This document shows positions 57,129-64,000 of a stretch of DNA of 64,000 nucleotides, piece by piece. This stretch comes from a virus (taxonomy: Duplodnaviria; Caudoviricetes), in IMG/VR virus record IMGVR_UViG_3300030708_003106, positions 1-64,000 of that record; one strand, 5' to 3'. Position 1 is the first letter of the stretch, and each line of letters opens with the position of its first letter. Below the pieces are notes generated by a model, which had not been told where the DNA came from, did not search any database, and saw only the letters and a list, made by a program, of their open reading frames with translations. Both the position numbers and the translations under genes were made by a program.

Positions 57129-57899
57129 ATGGCAAAAGGATTTACTGTAAAGGCAAAACCGCCTGCGAAGAAAGAAGAAGCAGAGTGGGACATTGCCGCG
57201 ATTAAGGAACGTATGCGAGGAAAGACAATTGTATTTTGTCTGCCTGGTCGTGGATGTTCATATACTTTTCTAAAGAATTTCGTACAACTGTGCTTTGATA
57301 TGGTACAGAATGGTATGAGTATTCAGATCAGTCAAGATTACTCTTCTATGGTTAATTTTGCCCGTTGTAAGTGTTTGGGTGCGAATGTACTTCGTGGACC
57401 AAAGCAAATTCCTTGGGATGGTAAACTGGAATATGATTATCAGTTGTGGATTGATAATGACATTGTATTCAACTCAGAAAAATTCTGGCAATTGTGTGAT
57501 CTTGCAATCTCTGAAGACGGCACAGAACGTGAAGTAGCTGCTGGGTGGTATTCCACAGAAGATGGTCACACAACCTCAGTAGCACACTGGTTGGAAGAAG
57601 ATGACTTCCGTAAGAATGGTGGAGTGATGAATCATGAAACTATGGATACAATCACCAAGCGTAAGAAACCATTTACTGTTGATTACACTGGATTTGGTTG
57701 GGTACTGATCAAGAAGGGTGTCTTTGAGAACTTGGAGTATCCATGGTTTGCTCCTAAGATGCAAGTCTTTGAATCTGGTCAAGTTCAAGATATGTGTGGT
57801 GAAGACGTATCATTCTGTCTTGATGCAAAGGAAGCAGGTTTTGAAATTTGGTGCGATCCTCGGATTCGCGTTGGTCACGAAAAAACTCGGGTTATTTGA
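57129..57899 (+). CDS. Glycosyltransferase-like (GT-A) conserved protein
   Basis: WIDND (DxD), TGFGWVLIK, GEDVSFC, VGH. Confidence 0.75.
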   Translation: MAKGFTVKAKPPAKKEEAEWDIAAIKERMRGKTIVFCLPGRGCSYTFLKNFVQLCFDMVQNGMSIQISQDYSSMVNFARCKCLGANVLRGPKQIPWDGKLEYDYQLWIDNDIVFNSEKFWQLCDLAISEDGTEREVAAGWYSTEDGHTTSVAHWLEEDDFRKNGGVMNHETMDTITKRKKPFTVDYTGFGWVLIKKGVFENLEYPWFAPKMQVFESGQVQDMCGEDVSFCLDAKEAGFEIWCDPRIRVGHEKTRVI

Positions 57900-57914
57900 T
57901 AGGAGATTATTACA

Positions 57915-58055
57915 ATGGCAAAAAGCATGATGAAAGGTGGGAGTTATGTCCCCGGAAAACCGAAAAAAACTCGTCAAGGGTCATCACAACATACCCTGCT
58001 TTCCGCGACTTCTCGTAATAAAGCAAAGAAGAAATATCGTGGACAAGGTAGGTAA
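57915..58055 (+). CDS. 46-aa basic protein ending KKYRGQGR
   Basis: Manual translation; AGGAG RBS. Confidence 0.7.
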   Translation: MAKSMMKGGSYVPGKPKKTRQGSSQHTLLSATSRNKAKKKYRGQGR

Positions 58056-58078
58056 ATAAGTAAAGTTACATTAATTTA

Positions 58079-58747
58079 ATGGCGGCACTTATTTGTAATC
58101 TTCCTTCAGTAGAAGTATGGGTTAGAAAAGAATATCTAACAGATCATCAAAGTGGTCATGGAGAATTCGTAAAAGGCGTCTGGGTTTCGGCAAAGTCGAT
58201 TCCTGGGCGCACTTTTTATTTTGAGACGTATTTACCTGAATATGCAGCGATGTATGATAAACTACCTATCAGCGCGTTTCTCTCGTCTCCGACGCTTCCA
58301 GACCCCGATATGGACCTTCCTAACCTACAGTTCTGGAACTGTATGGATTATGGTGTAGTTTCAGTTACGAAGCAATTTATTGGTAGTATGGATTATGAAC
58401 TATATACAAGAGACTTTGGAATTCAGAAAGGAACTTATATCTGTACTTTAGATAATTACCATCAAGATCCAGATGTAATTGACTATGCAACAAGCGAAAA
58501 TCCTGCTGAGCACAAATCACATAATCTGATTGAATTAGATAATGGACAATACGCACTCTATCCTAATAACAGAATGCGTATTTTTGATAATAGTTTGACT
58601 CCTGTTGATCCAAAGATGCCCGACTTTAAGGTTTCAACACAATATTATCAAGTTGAGAATGGATTTGAGCGTCTTGGAATGGGTAGAGAGGACGAATACT
58701 TCTGGAAAACTGCAAAAGAAAGAGAAATTGCTGAAGAAGATTCTTAA
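58079..58747 (+). CDS. Conserved cyanophage hypothetical protein
   Basis: ORF track; NLP...VWVRKEYL and YPNNR motifs. Confidence 0.75.
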   Translation: MAALICNLPSVEVWVRKEYLTDHQSGHGEFVKGVWVSAKSIPGRTFYFETYLPEYAAMYDKLPISAFLSSPTLPDPDMDLPNLQFWNCMDYGVVSVTKQFIGSMDYELYTRDFGIQKGTYICTLDNYHQDPDVIDYATSENPAEHKSHNLIELDNGQYALYPNNRMRIFDNSLTPVDPKMPDFKVSTQYYQVENGFERLGMGREDEYFWKTAKEREIAEEDS

Positions 58748-58800
58748 TTAAGGGATAGCAACCCCTTAAAAAGTTCTGATTTACCAATCAGGAGAACCAA

Positions 58801-59085
58801 ATGGGCAATTCACCAGTGGACAGAGATGTAAATTACATGAAAGAAACCTGGGGAACAGTCGAATTAATTACGGACTATCATTCTATGACACCAAACAATG
58901 ACTTTTTAGACAACTTAGGTAATCATCAACATCAAAAGATGCTTCGTGAAATTTCAAATGATGATTTAACACCTAAAAAACATGATTTTAAAGTGCAAAA
59001 TGAATTGCATGAAAAGATTCGTAATGATGATGATTATGATGATTGGGAATATGGAACTGAACCAATTCCGCTCAATGAATTTTGA
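58801..59085 (+). CDS. Hypothetical protein
   Basis: ORF track; AGGAG RBS. Confidence 0.65.
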   Translation: MGNSPVDRDVNYMKETWGTVELITDYHSMTPNNDFLDNLGNHQHQKMLREISNDDLTPKKHDFKVQNELHEKIRNDDDYDDWEYGTEPIPLNEF

Positions 59086-59096
59086 TCCAAATCCTT

Positions 59097-59104
59097 GATA
59101 AATA
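59097..59104 (+). promoter_or_regulatory. Late promoter GATAAATA
   Basis: NATAAATA upstream of the baseplate genes. Confidence 0.65.
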
Positions 59105-59125
59105 AGTATAAATTGCTGTATTTTA

Positions 59126-59527
59126 GTGCCTCTAGAAAGAGTAAGTCAGGGTTTTAAAGATATTAGTATGACTTTTCAGAGAAATCCTCTGAATGGAGAT
59201 CTGCTTGCTCTTAAGAATGAGTCTGCAATAGCGCGTTCAATTCGTAATATTGTTTTTACAGTACCCGGAGAGAAGTTTTTTGATCAGACCTTTGGGTCTA
59301 GAATCACTGCTTCTCTCTTTGAAAATATAGATGATATATCTGCTATTAGCGTTGCGGATGAAATACGTGAATCGATCACTCGTAATGAACCAAGAGTGAA
59401 TTTAATATCAGTGAATGCCTATCCAAACCCAGATCAGAATTCATTTGATGCTGTTATTTTATATGACATCATTGGAGCGGACGTTCCACCACAAGAATTA
59501 CAATTTGTTTTGCAACCAACTAGGTAA
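59126..59527 (+). CDS. gp25: Baseplate wedge subunit gp25
   Basis: AIARSIRNIV...PGEKFF...FGS...EPRV; located before gp6. Confidence 0.9.
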   Translation: MPLERVSQGFKDISMTFQRNPLNGDLLALKNESAIARSIRNIVFTVPGEKFFDQTFGSRITASLFENIDDISAISVADEIRESITRNEPRVNLISVNAYPNPDQNSFDAVILYDIIGADVPPQELQFVLQPTR

Positions 59528-59529
59528 AA

Positions 59530-61632
59530 ATGACACTAGTCAACTTTTCTAACTTAGATTTTGACCAAGTAAAACAATCCTTGGTCGAGTATCTTAAGTC
59601 AAACTCTAATTTTACAGATTATGACTTTGAAGGATCCAATCTTTCAACGATTTTAGATGTACTTGCGTATAATACGTACATCACTTCATATAATGCAAAC
59701 ATGGTTGCAAATGAAGTATTCATTGATAGTGCGACATTAAGAGAAAATGTCGTATCTTTAGCAAAAAATATCGGATATTTACCTCGTTCTAGAAAGGCAG
59801 CAACTGCGGTTATAAGTTTCTTCGTTGATACTACTTCAATTACACCAACTCCAGCAAGTATTACCCTTAAAAAAGGTCCTGTAGTGACTTCTACTTCTGG
59901 ATTTGGTAATCAATCACGTATTTTTTCGATATTAGATGATATTACAGTTCCAGTTTTCAATGGAATTGCTACATTTAATGATATTAGAGTTTATGAGGGA
60001 TCTCTTTTAACATCCAATTTTACATATTCTACTAGAACTCCCAATCAAAAGTTCATTTTACCAAATAGTGGTGTTGATACTGACTTAATTTCGGTCACTT
60101 TAAAGAACAATCAACAGTCAACATCTCAAACTAAGTATAGTTTGCAGCATAAACTGTTAGATGTGAAAGCAGATTCGAAAGTTTACTACCTACAAGAGAT
60201 CGAAGGCGAAAGATATGAACTATTTTTTGGTGATGGCATCTTTGGTGAGAAGTTAAAAGAAGGAAATTTCATAACTGCCAATTATATCGTATCTAATGGT
60301 GATGCAGCTAATGGAATAAATCAGTTTAATTTCTCTGGAAATGTTTCATATACAAGAAATGGAGAAAATTACATTGTAACCTCGGGCATTTCCCTTGTAA
60401 CAACGATCTCTCCTGCTACTGGTGGAGAAAATATTGAATCTGTAGAGTCGATTAGGAAGTATGCACCTAAAGTTTATGCAACTCAAAACAGAGCGGTCAC
60501 ATCTAATGACTATGAAACTCTAATTCCTTCTCAAATCTACCCTCAAACGGAATCAATATCAGTTTTTGGTGGAGAGGAGTTGGTTCCGCCTCAATATGGA
60601 AAGGTTTTTATTAGTATAAAACCAAGAACTGGAGATTTTCTCTCAAATTTGTCGAAGCAAGACATAAAAAATAAGTTAAGAAAGTACGCTGTTGCTGGAA
60701 TTGTCCCAGAAATTCTAGATTTGAAGTATTTGTTTATTGAAATTGATTCAAAAGTTTATTTTAACTCAAATTTAGCACCATCTTCAGCATATGTTTCCGA
60801 TTTAGTTCAAACTAATGGAAATAAGTATTCAGAATCAACAGAATTAAACAGATATGGTGCAAGATTTAAGTATAGTAAGTTTTTAAAAGTTCTTGATGAC
60901 AGTCATGAATCAATTACATCGAATATTACGACTGTAAGTATGAGGAGAGACTTAAGAGCAGTCTTAAATTCATTTGCTGAGTACTCAATTGGTTTTGGTA
61001 ATGAATTTTATGTTAAATTCCAAGATGGATACAACATAAAATCATCTGCTTTTAAGATTGCAGGAATTCAAGATGATATTTACTTCTCTGACATCCCAAA
61101 TCCTGGCGGATCGACAGGATCTTTATTCTTTTTCACTCTACCATCTGAAAATTCTCAAAGTCCCACTATCGTAAGAAGAAATGTAGGTGTAGTTGATTAT
61201 GTTAGAGGAATTATTACTTTAAATCCAGTTAATATTTTGGGTGGAAAAGTAAAAGATGGACAAACTATTATTGAAATATCAGTTTCTCCAAAATCTAATG
61301 ATGTTGTCGGATTACAGGACTTGTATTTGCAGCTAGATATTAGTAACAGTAATTTTGAAACTATTGTGGATGAAATTTCATCTGGATTAGATCCTTCGGC
61401 ATCAAATTATGTTGTCTCTTCTAGTTATCCAAACGGAAATTTGGTACGCTCTGGAGGACGTTCTAGTGTAATAACCACCGCTGCCCCTTCTACTACCGCA
61501 CCAACAACAAATCAAGCAGTTTCTAGCACTGTTTCCACTTCAGGTGGTTCAGGTTCATCTTATTCTACTCCAGTTTCCACTTCAGGTGGTTCAGGTTCTT
61601 CGAGTTCAGGTTCTTCGGGTTCATCTTACTAA
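59530..61632 (+). CDS. gp6: Baseplate wedge subunit gp6
   Basis: LDFDQ...FTDYDFEGS...LAYNT; FGDG; QNRAVT-x-x-DY. Confidence 0.95.
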   Translation: MTLVNFSNLDFDQVKQSLVEYLKSNSNFTDYDFEGSNLSTILDVLAYNTYITSYNANMVANEVFIDSATLRENVVSLAKNIGYLPRSRKAATAVISFFVDTTSITPTPASITLKKGPVVTSTSGFGNQSRIFSILDDITVPVFNGIATFNDIRVYEGSLLTSNFTYSTRTPNQKFILPNSGVDTDLISVTLKNNQQSTSQTKYSLQHKLLDVKADSKVYYLQEIEGERYELFFGDGIFGEKLKEGNFITANYIVSNGDAANGINQFNFSGNVSYTRNGENYIVTSGISLVTTISPATGGENIESVESIRKYAPKVYATQNRAVTSNDYETLIPSQIYPQTESISVFGGEELVPPQYGKVFISIKPRTGDFLSNLSKQDIKNKLRKYAVAGIVPEILDLKYLFIEIDSKVYFNSNLAPSSAYVSDLVQTNGNKYSESTELNRYGARFKYSKFLKVLDDSHESITSNITTVSMRRDLRAVLNSFAEYSIGFGNEFYVKFQDGYNIKSSAFKIAGIQDDIYFSDIPNPGGSTGSLFFFTLPSENSQSPTIVRRNVGVVDYVRGIITLNPVNILGGKVKDGQTIIEISVSPKSNDVVGLQDLYLQLDISNSNFETIVDEISSGLDPSASNYVVSSSYPNGNLVRSGGRSSVITTAAPSTTAPTTNQAVSSTVSTSGGSGSSYSTPVSTSGGSGSSSSGSSGSSY

Positions 61633-61649
61633 GTCTGTAAAATATTAAA

Positions 61650-64000
61650 ATGTCAGAAAAAAGAGTACAACTTAACAATATTGTTAAAAGTCAACTTCCC
61701 AATTATGTTAGGGATGAGTTTCCTCTAATTGAGGAATTTTTAGAGCAATACTACATTGCTCAAGAATTTCAAGGTGCTCCTGTCGATTTAATTCAAAATA
61801 TCGACAAGTATATAAAAATTGATGAGACAACAAATTTAACAGAATCTGCTTTTATTGGTGTAGGAATTGATGAATTTGATGAAACAATAACTGTAAGTGG
61901 TTCTCTTTCTCCCCAAGGCACAAGAGGATTTCCTGATTCATATGGTCTTTTGCAGATTGGTGATGAAATTATTACATATACGGGAAAAACTGACTTTTCA
62001 TTTACAGGTTGTATAAGAGGTTTTAGTGGAGTAACTTCATTAAAAGATGATTTTAATACTGATCAATTAGTATTCAAAACTTCAGAATCCTCTAGTCATG
62101 AATCTGGTTCAGAAGTAAAAAATCTGAGCGTTTTATTTTTAAAAGAATTTTTACAAAAGACAAAACGTCAAATACTTCCTGGCATCGAAAATAAATCTTT
62201 TAATGAAGATTTGAATGAAAAATTATTCCTAAAGAATGCTAGAGATTTTTACCTCGCTAAGGGTACAGATAGAGGTTTTGAAATTTTATTCAAAGCTTTG
62301 TATAATGAAGACGTAAAAATCGTTAAACCATCTGAACTTTTAAGTACTCCATCCAACGCACAATGGAGAGTAACTAATGATTTGGTAGTCGAACCCATTT
62401 TTGGAGATCCAGAAAAACTCCAAGGATCAACTCTTTTTCAAGATCCATATGGCAGCAAAATCAATAAAGCATATGGACCAATTACTTTTGTTGAAAAGAT
62501 AAATGTTGGAGCTGGACAAACATATTACAAACTCGTATTTGATGCAGGATATAATAGAGACATTAGAGTTTCTGGATCGATTTATGGAGATTTCCAGGTA
62601 CAACCAAAAAGTAAAGTCATAGGTAAAGTATCAGCTGGTTCGTCTGCAATTATAGTAGATTCTACTGTCGGTTTTGAATCTGATGGAGAATTATATCTGA
62701 ACTATGAAGATAATACTGTTGGAATTATTTCATACAGATCAAAAACGCTTAATCAATTTTTAGATTGTACAAATATAAATTCTGATATTCCAGATTCTAC
62801 ACCTATTGGTATTAATACTTTTGCGTATGGAACTGCTTCTTTTGATGACAACGAACTTATTGAAGTTAGAATTAATTCTGTTCTTTCTGATCTAGAAGTA
62901 ACTGAAAATGCATATCTCCAAGGAAGAGGAGATACTGCGAAGATAAAAACATTTGGTGTAGATGATGATTCATTTAAGGCAAAGAATTGGTTATATAATG
63001 TTTCTCCATCGTATAAAGTAAATACTTTTAATTTACTCGATTCTTCGGATAATACTTATAATCTCAATTTAAATGTAAATCATTACTTCTACTTGGGTGA
63101 TGGAATTGAACTAATCTATAGTAATGGACAAAAGAAAACTGCAACTGTAATTGGAATCCCATCTGGTAAATCAATTACAGTTCGTGGGCAAGGACAACTT
63201 TCAGAAAATCTTACTTATACCGTCAAAAAGAGTATACGTAGAGTAACTTCAAATAGTTTTGTAAATGCTTCGATTTACACAGCTAATATTCAAAACTTAT
63301 ACAGAAGTAAGAAGAATAAAGATAATTACTTAGTTGCATCTGGATCTTTACCAAACTACAATTCTCAACCAATTGTAACTACTAATAGGTCTATCACTTT
63401 TTCAGGAACATTTATTGGAGATGAACTCACCATCTCACCATTAGATCATGGATTCTATACAGGAGATGCTGTATATTATACTTCAAATGGAAATTCATCC
63501 TTATTTGATGATGGTCTTTACTTTGTAGAAAGAGTTAATAGAAATACAGTTAAATTTGCATTAAGTAGATCTAATCTTTATAATTCAAAATATATTACTT
63601 TTGAAAATTCTGTCACGATTTTAAATAATACGATTACTCCATTTGATTTAAAGAATAAAACTTTAACATCTCAAAAGATTCTTAGAGAAATTAATCCACC
63701 AAATGAAACTACATTACCCTCTACAACTAATCCAGGATTCACTGGAATATTTGTTAATGGTGTAGAATTATTAAATTATAAATCGGGAGATTCAATTAAT
63801 TATGGAAAAATCGAAAAGATTAATATAACTTCTCCTGGATATAATTATGATGTTGTCAATCCTCCTACTCTAATAGTATCGGATCAGGTTGGAACTGGAG
63901 CTACAGGATATGCTGCATTTTCTGGGGTTCTTAAGGAAATTAGAGTCATTGATCCTGGATTTGATTATATAAGTGCTCCTACTGTTAAAATCACTGGGGG
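61650..64000 (+). CDS. gp7: Baseplate wedge initiator gp7-like, 3'-truncated
   Basis: Manual translation MSEKRVQLNNIVKSQLPNYVRDEFPLIEEFLEQYY...FYLAKGTDRGFEILFKALY; follows gp6 and appears to run off the window (frame not checked codon by codon to the end). Confidence 0.8.
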   Translation, partial: MSEKRVQLNNIVKSQLPNYVRDEFPLIEEFLEQYYIAQEFQGAPVDLIQNIDKYIKIDETTNLTESAFIGVGIDEFDETITVSGSLSPQGTRGFPDSYGLLQIGDEIITYTGKTDFSFTGCIRGFSGVTSLKDDFNTDQLVFKTSESSSHESGSEVKNLSVLFLKEFLQKTKRQILPGIENKSFNEDLNEKLFLKNARDFYLAKGTDRGFEILFKALYNEDVKIVKPSELLSTPSNAQWRVTNDLVVEPIFGDPEKLQGSTLFQDPYGSKINKAYGPITFVEKINVGAGQTYYKLVFDAGYNRDIRVSGSIYGDFQVQPKSKVIGKVSAGSSAIIVDSTVGFESDGELYLNYEDNTVGIISYRSKTLNQFLDCTNINSDIPDSTPIGINTFAYGTASFDDNELIEVRINSVLSDLEVTENAYLQGRGDTAKIKTFGVDDDSFKAKNWLYNVSPSYKVNTFNLLDSSDNTYNLNLNVNHYFYLGDGIELIYSNGQKKTATVIGIPSGKSITVRGQGQLSENLTYTVKKSIRRVTSNSFVNASIYTANIQNLYRSKKNKDNYLVASGSLPNYNSQPIVTTNRSITFSGTFIGDELTISPLDHGFYTGDAVYYTSNGNSSLFDDGLYFVERVNRNTVKFALSRSNLYNSKYITFENSVTILNNTITPFDLKNKTLTSQKILREINPPNETTLPSTTNPGFTGIFVNGVELLNYKSGDSINYGKIEKINITSPGYNYDVVNPPTLIVSDQVGTGATGYAAFSGVLKEIRVIDPGFDYISAPTVKITG

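Noticed and set aside
477-57788. Minus-strand and nested alternative-frame ORFs in the track
   Set aside because: They are short shadows of longer + strand genes and have no recognisable motifs.
1-64000. tRNA, rRNA, introns or homing endonucleases
   Set aside because: No cloverleaf or T-loop signature in the intergenic gaps and no HNH, GIY-YIG or LAGLIDADG motifs recognised by eye. tRNAscan-SE and Infernal runs would be needed to exclude them formally.

Overview
This window is part of a T4-like cyanophage (cyanomyovirus-type) genome, and essentially all genes lie on the + strand. It has four blocks. (1) 1-36.7 kb is a late-promoter-driven cluster of large tail-fibre and virion proteins: Ig/PKD, Calx-beta-like, beta-helix, three tandem propeller-like paralogues, a Gly-X-Gln collagen-like fibre, cupredoxin-like domains and an apparently circularly permuted MAM domain. 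(2) 36.7-41.25 kb holds a modification-enzyme cluster (propeller glycosidase-like protein, TPR-methyltransferase-2OG oxygenase fusion, radical SAM protein). (3) 41.27-56.9 kb is a region of about 47 mostly small genes divided by 13 same-orientation, indel-free copies of a 31-bp element (AACTGAAGCC-YNY-AAA-NYGTYYY-WR-TAGTRT). Most copies start just after the previous stop codon and six supply the next ATG. Cargo includes a probable restriction-modification pair, an SF2 helicase, a KxDG ligase-like protein, a protein with a T4-like capsid-targeting sequence and many acidic mini-proteins. Structured non-coding segments with strong sigma70 promoters close the region. (4) 57.1-64 kb contains conserved core genes ending in baseplate gp25, gp6 and gp7 (truncated). 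The repeat-delimited gene-cassette array is the best candidate for an undescribed system. No tRNA, rRNA, CRISPR array, integrase or reverse transcriptase was recognised. Family assignments come from motif reading and recall, not from database searches.
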